From Leptospiraceae bacterium (lineage in GTDB: Bacteria > Spirochaetota > Leptospiria > Leptospirales > Leptonemataceae): a stretch of 64,000 bases of DNA. The notes beneath the pieces were generated by a model. It did no database searches and was not told where the DNA came from. It saw only the letters and a program-made list of their open reading frames with translations. This document shows positions 47,845-57,781 of the stretch, in pieces. Each line of letters begins with the position of its first letter. Position 1 is the stretch's first letter. Position numbers and translations under genes: made by a program. The stretch is from positions 384,001 to 448,000 of the forward strand of contig JAVJNR010000002.1 of the NCBI GenBank assembly GCA_040217195.1. Direction: 5' to 3'.

Positions 47845-49629
47845 CTAGGGCCCGGCGTACTCAACTGTGGCCGGAGCTTTTTTCATGGCTTCATTGTTCT
47901 TGCGAGACTTTTTTAAAAGCTCTTCTTGATCCGGATCCACCCACCAGTAGGTGTTTACTGCATCATCCGATCCATACTTGGCCAGAGGGTTGTCCGGAAT
48001 GCCGTAGCGATTCCAGTAAAGAAGCCGATGGGAATCGGCCTGCCAGAGCAGAACATATGGATGCAGTTCGTACAGGCGTCGATCCATTTGCTTCAGTAGA
48101 TTGGTTCGCTGCTGGGGTCCTGGCGCCGTTTTGTAGGCCTCAAGCAATGCATCGATCCTTTCATCTTTGATGCCAGCCAGGTTAATAGAGCCTTTTTCAT
48201 CTGCAGTTTTGGAATGCCACATAGGTTCTGGATCTTTCAGGCGACCTGCGCCCCAGTTAATCCAGTAAAGGTCAAATTCGAATTCATCCAGTCTCTTTCG
48301 CGCAGTACTTAAACTTACCTGATCGATGGATGCTTCTATTCCTACTGATTTAAGATCCTGCAGATAAATATTTAGATGTCGCAGGTCTGAACCGCTCTGC
48401 AGGAATCGAATACTCAGTACCTCTCCATCCTTTTCCAGAAGACCGCGATCGTTGGGCGTATAGCCTGCCTCGGTAAGAAGTCTTCTGGCCTGCTCCGGAT
48501 CATATTTAATCACAGGAACTGCAGGATTTACATAGCTCGGATACAGATCTGGCATATAGGAATTTAGCAGTACATATTCTTCGTACATCAGCTTTTTATT
48601 CATAAGCGATCTGTTTAGAAGAAGGGACAGAGCCTTTCGCACTCGAATGTCCTGAAATTTGTCTTTGCGAAGATTGATTACAAACCCCTGGAATCCTCGG
48701 GGTATTCTGTTGTAGATTTTCTGGCGGGCTATCCAGCCTTTTTGAACCTCTTCCAGGTGAGTTTTGATGGCCCAGATAGAAGCTGTATGCACCGGAAAAT
48801 AATCGAACTCTCCTTTTTTGAAAGCTTCCAGCGCCTTATTTCTGTCTTCTACAAATCGATAGCGAATATAGTCGAAGTTGTATTTTCCGTTATTGAATTT
48901 TAGCTTTCGCCCCCACCAGTCTCCCCGGCGTTTCAGTAATACAAAGCGGTTTACCTTGTTTTGAACTACTTCGTATGGGCCGCTAATTACGTCGAATTCG
49001 TTTACATCGTTAAAGTCTTTACCTTTCAGCGTATGCTCGGGCAGGGCCACCAATTGGCCGGCATCCCAGAGATTTTGCCAGTGCTTTACTTTGGCGCGAA
49101 TTCGCAAAGTGCGATCATCCAGAGCTTCCGGCCTTTCAAATCTGCTGAGTGAAACTCGAAAGACTGCTGTATTGTTCCTGGGATTCATCATTGTATCGTA
49201 ATAGAATACAATGTCGCTTGCCTTGATTGGTTTTCCATCGCTCCAGGTAGCCTGCTTCCGGAGTTTGAAAGTGAATTCCATTCCATCCGCGCTTACTTCA
49301 TAAGACTCGGCCAGGATGCCCACCGGTTCCTGCTTCACCGGATGCATGGTTAGTAAAGGCTCGAATTGCATATAAGTGATTTCTGCAGAAAGTGTATTGG
49401 TATCCAGCCAGTAATTCAATGATTTCGGGTAGGAAGAGCCCCAGACATTGTTCACTCCTCCTTTGACCGCTGCCGGATCTGCCATGGGATCTGGATGGCC
49501 CACAGGAAGCCCATCCAGAGGAACGTCCTTTACAGGCTCAAGTTGTACCTCGGAATCTTCTCCACAGTGAAGGGAAAAAACGGTGGCCAGGACAACCAGG
49601 ACTAGATATCGAGCAGTAGATCCTTTCAT
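47845..49629 (-). CDS. Peptide ABC transporter substrate-binding lipoprotein (YejA-like, family 5)
   Basis: Lipobox FSLHC; A.WSDGKP, SGPY, YNFDYIRY, FQDIRVRKAL, TYWW.D. Confidence 0.92.
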   Translation of the reverse strand: MKGSTARYLVLVVLATVFSLHCGEDSEVQLEPVKDVPLDGLPVGHPDPMADPAAVKGGVNNVWGSSYPKSLNYWLDTNTLSAEITYMQFEPLLTMHPVKQEPVGILAESYEVSADGMEFTFKLRKQATWSDGKPIKASDIVFYYDTMMNPRNNTAVFRVSLSRFERPEALDDRTLRIRAKVKHWQNLWDAGQLVALPEHTLKGKDFNDVNEFDVISGPYEVVQNKVNRFVLLKRRGDWWGRKLKFNNGKYNFDYIRYRFVEDRNKALEAFKKGEFDYFPVHTASIWAIKTHLEEVQKGWIARQKIYNRIPRGFQGFVINLRKDKFQDIRVRKALSLLLNRSLMNKKLMYEEYVLLNSYMPDLYPSYVNPAVPVIKYDPEQARRLLTEAGYTPNDRGLLEKDGEVLSIRFLQSGSDLRHLNIYLQDLKSVGIEASIDQVSLSTARKRLDEFEFDLYWINWGAGRLKDPEPMWHSKTADEKGSINLAGIKDERIDALLEAYKTAPGPQQRTNLLKQMDRRLYELHPYVLLWQADSHRLLYWNRYGIPDNPLAKYGSDDAVNTYWWVDPDQEELLKKSRKNNEAMKKAPATVEYAGP

Positions 49630-49702
49630 TGGGGCAAAGATTTTCTGCTACCTGTTCGGGTGTCAAACATGCATTTTAATTTTCGCCCGAGGAACCAGGG
49701 GT

Positions 49703-51652
49703 ATGATACATTTTTGCAATGCACACTTCAAATCAGCTCCGATACTGATTCTGTCCGTCCTGTCCCTTCTGCTCAACTGCGATGCTCCCTTGAATCACCC
49801 GTACCCGGAAACTCGCGGTAAGAACTGGCACCTTATCGCCATGTCTTCGGAACCATCAACAATGGATCCGGTGCGAATGAACGATGCTCCTTCCTTTTCC
49901 GTGGCTTCGAACCTGGCACTTACCCCTTTCCAGTATTCCTATTTAAAGAGACCTATAAACCTGGAACCCTATCTTGCCAGAGCTATACCAGAGATCCGGC
50001 CTGCAGTGCATGACGGCAAACCCATGTTTTACATGGATCTGAAATTAAACCGGCATTATTATGCACCGGTGGAGGAATGCCTGAAGGACGATTACTACGA
50101 TGGCAAGGGTAGACCAATACTTGCTCAGGATCTGGCACTGAGCATCAAACGTAACGCTGATCCATCCAACGAAGCATTCATGTTCTCTCTGCTTGCAGAA
50201 AGTATTTATGGATTTTCGCAATACAATGAGTATATCCGCACGGAGCGGCAAAACAGAAAGTTAGGGGAGCTGGCGCCCCATAAGCAAGCGGCAGCACTCT
50301 CAGAAATTTATGCCGAGCCCATGAAGGGTCTGGAAATTTCTGGAGACGATGAATTAAGGATCTATCTGACCTCCTCCAGCGATAGACTGCTGTACTTTTT
50401 TGCCATGGTAAGCTCGGCGCCCATTCCCCGGAATTGCTGGGAAGTCTACAACGCAAAGGAAAAGAATCAGCATGCTCTTGAGCGCCATATGATTTCATCC
50501 GGAGCATTTCATCTCATAAGCTGGGAGCCTGGAAATCGTATAGTTCTGGAACGCAATCCTCTCTATGATTTTCGCTTTCCGGAGCTGAGCCCCCGGTCCC
50601 GGGAGTGGCCGGATGCTCTCCGGGATAATTCCGAATCAAGAAAACAGATGCAGTCCCTGGCTGGAAAGCCACTGCCTCTGGCTAATCGCATCGTTTTCTA
50701 TTTGATACAATCCGGTTCAACGGTCTGGACACTATTTGAACAGGGCTATCAGGATCGAGTTGCACTTACGAAAGATTCTTACGAAGGCGTCCTGGAAGGA
50801 GGGGAGCTCAGAGATGAATATAAGAAGCGGGGTATTGTGCTGGGTACTGCTCCGGAGCTAAGCACCTTCGGCTGGATTTTCAATCTGGAGGACCCGGTGG
50901 TGGGCTCTCATATAGGTTTGCGTAAAGCCCTGAGATGTGCTATCGATGGCGGGGAATTAATACAAAGATTTTATGAAGGTCGTGCCATGGTGGCGCATGG
51001 TTTGATTCCACCGGGCATGGAGGGATACCAACCTTCCTCCAGAGAAAGCAATTGCAGCGAAGATAGAATCAAGCGATGGCTCCGGGAGGCCGGCTATCCT
51101 GAAGGAGTGGATCCAGCCACCGGCAAGGCCCTGGTCCTACGTCTGATCGATGTGCCCCGACCGGCCAGCGCCAGCTTTCATAGCTATCTAGTAGACCAGG
51201 TTGCGAAGCTGGGAATTCGTCTTCAGGTGGATCTATTTGATGCGCCCACTTATTTCGAAAAGAGGATGAAGGGCAAATTTCAGATCACAACCTGGGGCTG
51301 GGGGGCGGATTATCCGGACCCTCAAAATTTCTTTCAATTGTTCTATGGTCCCAATGCTGGTACGCCCTATAATGAGGCCCATTTTCAGGATCCCGTATTT
51401 GATGCTGCTTATCGCAGATTGGAAGAAACCGAAGATCCAGGCACAAGGCAGCAATTGATCAATCAAATGAATAGCCGCTTACATGAGGGTATTCCGGTTC
51501 TTTTACTGTTCCACAGGATCCAGTATGGCATATCGCAACCCTGGATGACAGCGTATGAACCGCATCCCATGGGATACAACATGCTGCAGTATAGAGGAGT
51601 TAATTCCGAGAAACGAGACGCTTTTCAAGATGAGCAGAATTCTCTATGGTGA
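49703..51652 (+). CDS. Family 5 ABC transporter substrate-binding lipoprotein
   Basis: Lipobox LLLNC; PSTMDP, QYSYLKRP, WGADYPDPQNF. Start approximate (track start 49583). Confidence 0.88.
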   Translation: MIHFCNAHFKSAPILILSVLSLLLNCDAPLNHPYPETRGKNWHLIAMSSEPSTMDPVRMNDAPSFSVASNLALTPFQYSYLKRPINLEPYLARAIPEIRPAVHDGKPMFYMDLKLNRHYYAPVEECLKDDYYDGKGRPILAQDLALSIKRNADPSNEAFMFSLLAESIYGFSQYNEYIRTERQNRKLGELAPHKQAAALSEIYAEPMKGLEISGDDELRIYLTSSSDRLLYFFAMVSSAPIPRNCWEVYNAKEKNQHALERHMISSGAFHLISWEPGNRIVLERNPLYDFRFPELSPRSREWPDALRDNSESRKQMQSLAGKPLPLANRIVFYLIQSGSTVWTLFEQGYQDRVALTKDSYEGVLEGGELRDEYKKRGIVLGTAPELSTFGWIFNLEDPVVGSHIGLRKALRCAIDGGELIQRFYEGRAMVAHGLIPPGMEGYQPSSRESNCSEDRIKRWLREAGYPEGVDPATGKALVLRLIDVPRPASASFHSYLVDQVAKLGIRLQVDLFDAPTYFEKRMKGKFQITTWGWGADYPDPQNFFQLFYGPNAGTPYNEAHFQDPVFDAAYRRLEETEDPGTRQQLINQMNSRLHEGIPVLLLFHRIQYGISQPWMTAYEPHPMGYNMLQYRGVNSEKRDAFQDEQNSLW

Positions 51653-51857
51653 GGATATTCCTTCAGTCGGTAGATTTAGCTGCATTGTTTTTTCCCTTTA
51701 TCAATGGAGCGGCCATCACTCCAATTTAGATTCCTGGGAGCAACGGAAGTCCGGGTACTGCAAAACAATCGCAAGGGAGGATTTGAATTAAGAGAAATAG
51801 TTAACGGTATGTTTTCAACAGATTTGACAGCCACAGCGGTCCCGGTTTCGCATTTCT

Positions 51858-52541
51858 CTATCGAAATTCCCGGAGGTCTCTTCTGGCAATATGAATTTCC
51901 ATAACGCCTGAATCCGTTGCCCGACCAATTTCTTCTACAGACTTTTCGATTAAATGATTTCGAAATTCCGCCACATCATAGCCCAGTTCTTCAGCGTATT
52001 TGGTAGCAATATCATTGAATGCCTGATTAATCAGGAAAGGGACACGATCTTCGTTTAGCACTACCAGACCATCTGGAATGACTTCCAGAATCGTTGAAAT
52101 GTAGGTCCGGTACTTCTCTTCCGTTTTCTTTAGTCGATCCTGAGTTCTCTGTCTTTCCTGAAGGATGTCGAAATTCTTAAGCTCTCTTTGAACTACCGGA
52201 AATAACCGGTCCATTCTGTCCTTCATCACAAAATCGGTGGCCCCGGTTCGCATCATTTCTACAACCATTTCTTCGCCGATCTTGCCAGACACTATGATAA
52301 ACGGTACATCCGGATGAGCTTCTCGAATTCTTTTCAGGGCCTGCGCGCAATCCAGGTCAGGCATATAATAATCGGAAAGAACCAGATCAAATTCCATTTC
52401 CTCCAGTGCGGCATCCAGGTCGGGCTCATTGTCCACAATTCTGTGTTGGAATACTATACCTTCTTGCTGCAAAGTTTTCACTAGCAGCAATGCACTCATT
52501 CTAGAATCTTCCAGGATCAGTATGCTGGCATTCTGACTCAT
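51858..52541 (-). CDS. Response regulator (REC plus PAS-like fragment)
   Basis: ILILEDS, LSDYYMP, PFIIVSG, GATDFVMK; then ..IPDGLVVLN..INQAF. Confidence 0.88.
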   Translation of the reverse strand: MSQNASILILEDSRMSALLLVKTLQQEGIVFQHRIVDNEPDLDAALEEMEFDLVLSDYYMPDLDCAQALKRIREAHPDVPFIIVSGKIGEEMVVEMMRTGATDFVMKDRMDRLFPVVQRELKNFDILQERQRTQDRLKKTEEKYRTYISTILEVIPDGLVVLNEDRVPFLINQAFNDIATKYAEELGYDVAEFRNHLIEKSVEEIGRATDSGVMEIHIARRDLREFR

Positions 52542-53941
52542 GCGATATTGGCCTGAAGGTCCGATGTCTGACTAATATCCTTTGTGTCCAGAAGCGGAAG
52601 TTGTATTTCAAAATCCACGAGTAGCCGTCCTTCCTGAATCTTCGAATCTCTGTAATCTTTTACGTTGGATGCAGCTATGCTACCACCCAGCTTATCCACG
52701 ATGGTTCTAACAATGTTCAGTCCCATTCCGATGTCCAGGGTGTCGAAATTCTCAAAGACGGAGTGCTCCAGGCGAAAGAAGGGTTCGAACACAAGGTTCT
52801 GATATTCCAGCGGAATGCCACCCTCCACAGTTTTTCCATTTCCCAGGTCTCTGGTAGATCTAGTTTCATTCAGTACATTTATATTGAGCTTGTTTCCGTT
52901 CTGACGCAGCAGGACTGAAATTGTTGTGCCTTTGGGAGAGAACTTCATGGCATTGATTAGAAGTTCTCGTACCGCTCGCTTAAGCTGTTCTACATTGCAC
53001 TTAACTCTTAAGTTACGCATGCCATCTTTGTGTTCCGAAAGCACTATGTGATTTTCATGTACTTTTTGAGCCTGCTGCGCTTCCTTGATGGTCTCGGAAA
53101 GGATGGCGCGAATATCTGCTGCTGTCATCTCTTCGGTCTGGATTTTCTGACCAAGCAGTATGTCGATTTCCTGAAGAGAGTCTATGATTCGACTGGCTGT
53201 GTAGGTGTTTTCCCGGACCATGTCCATGATACCTTTGTCGATCAGATATTTATCTCCCTGCAGCTCAGCGGACTCAAGAACGTAAAGCAATATAGAGATA
53301 AGCTGGCCAAAGCCAGACCCCTGGGTTAATGAAGTGCGAAGATTGTAGAACAGGGCCTTTTCTTTAGCTACCTTATCGAAGGCTCCGCTCTGGCTCTGTT
53401 CATGCATCCACTTCAGCCAGCCAAGCTGGTTTTCCAGGCGGATGGTTCGTTCCTTTTCGGATGCTTTATTGATCTTCTTTAAATAGGCCGATTCAATGGC
53501 TCGCTGCACTTTTAACAGCAATTCGTTCAGGTCTATTGGCTTGATGAGATAGTCATAGATACCATGTTTCATCACATCGATAATAACTTCAGACTCGTTG
53601 TGACAGGTTTCCACGATAATCTCAGCATCGCTTCCCTGTTCTGTAACATGCCGAATTAGTTCCTGCCCATTAACCTCGGGCATTTCCAGGTCGGTGAGGA
53701 TTACCGGAAAACTTCTCTTCTCTAGAATTTGCTGAGCTTCCTTTCCATTGGAAGCCAGGACAACTCTGTAACCATTACCTTCCAGAACGTCTTTCAACAG
53801 CTGGCTGGAGCGATCATCATCCTCCACGACCAGAATACTTCTATCTTCATCTTTTAGATGCATATAATCCTCGCTCGAAAACTCATCATTGCCGGCCTTT
53901 TGTTCTGGAATTGCGGCCCTTTGCTGCCGTCTTTCGATCAA
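52538..53941 (-). CDS. Hybrid REC-HATPase protein with degenerate H-box
   Basis: ILVVEDD, TDLEMP, YDYLIKP; ELLINAMKFS, FEPFFR, GMGL. The H-box region reads LFYNLRTSL, with no His. Confidence 0.85.
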   Translation of the reverse strand: MIERRQQRAAIPEQKAGNDEFSSEDYMHLKDEDRSILVVEDDDRSSQLLKDVLEGNGYRVVLASNGKEAQQILEKRSFPVILTDLEMPEVNGQELIRHVTEQGSDAEIIVETCHNESEVIIDVMKHGIYDYLIKPIDLNELLLKVQRAIESAYLKKINKASEKERTIRLENQLGWLKWMHEQSQSGAFDKVAKEKALFYNLRTSLTQGSGFGQLISILLYVLESAELQGDKYLIDKGIMDMVRENTYTASRIIDSLQEIDILLGQKIQTEEMTAADIRAILSETIKEAQQAQKVHENHIVLSEHKDGMRNLRVKCNVEQLKRAVRELLINAMKFSPKGTTISVLLRQNGNKLNINVLNETRSTRDLGNGKTVEGGIPLEYQNLVFEPFFRLEHSVFENFDTLDIGMGLNIVRTIVDKLGGSIAASNVKDYRDSKIQEGRLLVDFEIQLPLLDTKDISQTSDLQANIA

Positions 53942-54864
53942 TGGTAGGGAAGCCCAATTGTAAACGTTGTTCCCGATCCCTCTGTGGTCTGTAGCGTGAT
54001 GAATCCCTGGTGCATGTCAACTATTCTCTTCACAATCGCAAGACCCAGTCCGGTGCCTTCTCGTTTTGTGGATTTTCTAGAAACACTCTGCTCAAAAGGC
54101 TCGAAAATGCGATCCTGGTCTTCAGGTGGTATTCCGGCTCCATTGTCTTTGACACGAATTAGAATGTTTTCGGAGCCTTCCAGGAGAGATACCTGAATTT
54201 GACCATCTGCGTCTGTATGGCGTATAGCATTGGATAACAGATTATCCATTACCTGTCGCATTCTAGTTTGATCGCATTCAGTGCGAACAGGCCCGGTCGG
54301 TAGATCTTCCAACAGCTCAATTCCTTTCTGTCTGCAGGCAGTATGGAAGCTCTGAACCGATTCATGGATTAAAGCAGCGATGTCGCACTGGGACCGGTCC
54401 AGCGGTATCCGACCGGCCTCCATCCTTGAATACTCCAGTATTTGTTCTACCAGTTTGAGTAGATGTCTGCCACTGGACTCGATGGAGGATACAGCTTCTG
54501 ATTGTCCTTTGTTTAGAGTCCCCAGTTGAGGCATTTTTAGGTACTGGGAGTAGCCAAGCATGGAATTCAGCGGAGTTTTCAACTCATGGGTCATATTGGC
54601 CAGAAATAGTGTTTTTGCGCGATTCGCCTGCTCTGCCTGGGCCACGGATAGGCGAAGCAGTTCATTCTGGTTACGAATCTCCTGTTCTGTATGCTTTCGT
54701 TCTGTTATATCTCGCAAGGATATGATCAAATGGTTTTCCTCACCGGCCTGCATTGTGGAATACTGCAGTTCCAGGAAGATCCCCTCTAGTTGAACCTTTT
54801 TATTGCTTCCATCCATTTCTTTATCTCTCGAATTACAGTTTCCTGGTCTGCAGGCTCTGGCCAA
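53938..54864 (-). CDS. Sensor histidine kinase, probably N-terminally truncated (PAC-HisKA-HATPase)
   Basis: RDITERK, FLANMTHELKTPL, NLLSNA, DNGAGI, GTGLGL. Only the C-terminal part of a PAS domain precedes HisKA. Confidence 0.85.
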   Translation of the reverse strand: MARACRPGNCNSRDKEMDGSNKKVQLEGIFLELQYSTMQAGEENHLIISLRDITERKHTEQEIRNQNELLRLSVAQAEQANRAKTLFLANMTHELKTPLNSMLGYSQYLKMPQLGTLNKGQSEAVSSIESSGRHLLKLVEQILEYSRMEAGRIPLDRSQCDIAALIHESVQSFHTACRQKGIELLEDLPTGPVRTECDQTRMRQVMDNLLSNAIRHTDADGQIQVSLLEGSENILIRVKDNGAGIPPEDQDRIFEPFEQSVSRKSTKREGTGLGLAIVKRIVDMHQGFITLQTTEGSGTTFTIGLPYH

Positions 54865-54899
54865 CCGTCAAACCTGGCTTCGGTAGCTGCTTCGCATTC

Positions 54900-55185
54900 C
54901 TCCTTTTAGTTATTTCCTGAAATACGCCACTATGGAGTTCGTTTCTGGCAATTTACTTCGTATTATTCAAAGTTATCTGCAATTTCTAAATCCATCAATA
55001 TCCGGTAGCTGAATATCCCATAAACAGAAATCAAAAGAATGGCAGGAAACCGGCACCACTGTTTCCTCCCCGGTGGTTGCGTTCTGATTACCAATCCCGG
55101 TCTCCGGCAAATAGCATCGTATTAAATTCTGACCAATAGGCTCATCTTCTGCAACAAGAATACTTACTGTGGAGAATCGAGCCTT
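54900..55185 (-). pseudogene. Degenerate response-regulator receiver domain (absent from the ORF track)
   Basis: Minus strand 55170-54973 translates TVSILVAEDEPIGQNLIRCYL...SFDFCLWDIQLPDIDGFRNCR*. There is an in-frame TGA at 55188-55186, no start codon, and an apparent frameshift after DG. Confidence 0.75.
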
Positions 55186-55391
55186 TCAACGGCCACTTCC
55201 GCTGGACGGACCTGAGGGGTAGAATCTGTTCAATGAACGGAATTCAGACAAAAATGGTTCCGTCGCCGTCGGTCTTTAATTTATGGGAATTTCGATTCTC
55301 TACAGTCCATCCCTCAGAATCAACAAAGCAGTCTTCCAGCGGGAATTTCCCTTGATTTTGTCTGATACATTTGTCAGAGTCCTTTTACTCG

Positions 55392-56375
55392 ATGAAGGCC
55401 TATATTATTCGACGGCTGTTGTACACCATTCCTGTGGCTCTGGGAGTGTACCTGATAACATTCTTCCTGTTTCATTTGCGGGATCCTATGGCCATCGCTC
55501 GAGTGCATCTACCCCAGGGAGATGAAGCGGCATTGCAGCAATGGGTCTACAACCATGGCTATCACCTGCCTGCGTTTTTAAATTTACCGTCCGATGCTAC
55601 CCGGCCGGCTGCCGATGGCCAGATACATGCATTTCTGGCGGAAAAGAGCGTATTTCATTCTCGTTTCTTCCTTGGACTGAATGATTTGATTCTTCTGGAC
55701 CTTGGTTTTGATCGATATGGTCGGCCCATCGTCAGCGAGCTGGGTCGCAGGATACCGGTATCTCTGGCAGTGATGGGTCCTTCCTTTGTACTTACTGCGC
55801 TTGCAGCACTGAGCATTTCTGTCTTTGCTGCCGTGGGAGCTGGCAACCGATTTGACCGGTTAACTTCAATACTATCAATTCTGGCTCTTTCGATAGCTTT
55901 ACCGGTATGGCTTATGGCCACGACATTCTTCTTTGGAAAGCTTTTTCCAATACTGCCCGTATATGGAAGTGTACTGCCGGCCATATTTGTGGCCTTTCTG
56001 GCCGGTCTCGGTGGACAGATCCGATTCTATCGCACGGTTTTTGCTGATCGAACAGGTGCATTCTCCGTAAAGGCAGCCCGCCTCAGAGGATTGAAGGAAG
56101 GCCGAGTGATTAGCCGATATGTTTTCTTGCCGGGTCTCATTCCTGTTCTAACTACACTGGTCTTGAGTCTGCCTTTTCTTATTACTGGTTCTCTACTTCT
56201 GGAGCAGTATTTCGGAATTCCCGGTATGGGCGATATGATGTACAGCGCTATTATTTCGCAGGACTTCAATGTAATAGAAACCCTGGTAGTTCTGGGCGCC
56301 TTTCTCTTCATGGTGGGAACTTTGCTTACGGACATTGCATACGTTCTGGTAGATCCGAGGATGGAACTCAAATGA
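55392..56375 (+). CDS. Peptide ABC transporter permease (OppB/DppB-like)
   Basis: YIIRRLL, AARLRGL, GSLLLEQYFGIPGMG, DIAYVLVDPR. Confidence 0.92.
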   Translation: MKAYIIRRLLYTIPVALGVYLITFFLFHLRDPMAIARVHLPQGDEAALQQWVYNHGYHLPAFLNLPSDATRPAADGQIHAFLAEKSVFHSRFFLGLNDLILLDLGFDRYGRPIVSELGRRIPVSLAVMGPSFVLTALAALSISVFAAVGAGNRFDRLTSILSILALSIALPVWLMATTFFFGKLFPILPVYGSVLPAIFVAFLAGLGGQIRFYRTVFADRTGAFSVKAARLRGLKEGRVISRYVFLPGLIPVLTTLVLSLPFLITGSLLLEQYFGIPGMGDMMYSAIISQDFNVIETLVVLGAFLFMVGTLLTDIAYVLVDPRMELK

Positions 56376-57370
56376 TCTGGATTCAAAACCTCCTGGTGCT
56401 GATTCTATTCGCTTTCGTAATTCTTCTCATTTATCGCACATTCAAAAAGAGCGCCTTTCGTCAGGAGCTGGCCACTGGATTCAGCAAACCGGGAGCCCGG
56501 CTGAGTATCTATATTCTTGGATTCTACGCACTTGTGGCATTGCTGGATTTTATCTATATTGGTGCCGGTCCCGGAGATACAATCCTGCAAGCATTGATAT
56601 CGCTTATCCCCGAGGAGAATTCCTACTCATTGCCCTGGGCACTACAGGATTCTAAAGAGCAGGCTTTGAAAGGCTGGCATTTGCTCGGAACCAACATCAA
56701 TGGCAAGGATGTGATGGGCCTGGTGCTTTCGGGCACTCGCACAGCTGTGATTCTGGGACCCGGTAGTAGTCTTCTGGCTCTGGCGCTGGGAACAACCCTT
56801 GGTCTGGTTTCTGGTTATCTGGGTGGATGGGTGGATGATCTCGTTCAATGGATTTATACCACCGTTGCCAGTGTTCCCTGGTTTCTGTTCGTAATCTCTT
56901 TTATCATGGTCTTTGGCCGCGATCTTACCTGGATTGCAGTGGCCATAGGCCTTACTGCCTGGGTGGAACCGGCTCGATTGATACGAGCAGAAACAATGCA
57001 GATTCGAGGATTGTCCTACGTTCGCAGCGCTCAGGCGGCTGGATTTTCCACAGCTTCCGTTCTGTACCGGCAAATTCTTCCTAACGTAAGTTACATTATT
57101 GTAATCACATTCGCTTTAACTACATCCCAGGTAATCCTGGCAGAAAGCGTCTTAACTTTTATTGGAATTGGAGTGGAGCCGGGTACAGCTTCCTGGGGTA
57201 TCTTACTTGCTGAAAGCAACCGGGAACTGTTGCGAAGCCCGCCAATATGGTGGATCTTTGCTGCCACAACAATCCTGGGCATCCTGCCACCGGTACTGGG
57301 ACTAAATGTAATTGCTGATACCATTCGAGATGCCACCGGATTTTCCATACTTGCGAAAAAAGATGATTGA
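56372..57370 (+). CDS. Peptide ABC transporter permease (OppC/DppC-like)
   Basis: HLLGT..NGKD, SGYLGGWVD, YVRSA.A.G, ILPN, ESVLTFIGIG, SWG. Confidence 0.92.
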   Translation: MIWIQNLLVLILFAFVILLIYRTFKKSAFRQELATGFSKPGARLSIYILGFYALVALLDFIYIGAGPGDTILQALISLIPEENSYSLPWALQDSKEQALKGWHLLGTNINGKDVMGLVLSGTRTAVILGPGSSLLALALGTTLGLVSGYLGGWVDDLVQWIYTTVASVPWFLFVISFIMVFGRDLTWIAVAIGLTAWVEPARLIRAETMQIRGLSYVRSAQAAGFSTASVLYRQILPNVSYIIVITFALTTSQVILAESVLTFIGIGVEPGTASWGILLAESNRELLRSPPIWWIFAATTILGILPPVLGLNVIADTIRDATGFSILAKKDD

Positions 57371-57487
57371 ATCCTGTTAGGTCCGGGCGAATACTCAGGT
57401 CAGCCCTGGTTTTTTCTGGAGCCCCAGGCATAAGATCTCTGGCGCTTCAGAGCACCAGACCAGGGCATCAAAACAAAGGAGTATGGA

Positions 57488-57745
57488 ATGCCCGATTTAA
57501 TTTCTCTGATTCTATTTCTGGTTATTGGACTTGTAGCCGGATGGCTGGCCGGTCAGCTAATGAAAGGTAGCAGCTTTGGATTGCTTGGTAATCTAATAGT
57601 TGGTGTTATTGGTGCAGTCCTGGGCGGCTGGCTACTTGGAAAATACGTCCATGCGATCATCCCTGGACTATTTGGTAGCCTGGTGACTGCCACTCTCGGA
57701 GCAGTGATTCTACTCTTTTTGATTGGACTTGTGGCCAAAAAATGA
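57488..57745 (+). CDS. GlsB/YeaQ/YmgE (transglycosylase-associated) membrane protein
   Basis: IGLVAGWLA...GLLGNLIVGVIGA.LGG; SD AAGGAG. Confidence 0.9.
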   Translation: MPDLISLILFLVIGLVAGWLAGQLMKGSSFGLLGNLIVGVIGAVLGGWLLGKYVHAIIPGLFGSLVTATLGAVILLFLIGLVAKK

Positions 57746-57781
57746 CGATTTGTTCCACAGGCCCTGTTGGCCTGTGGAACT

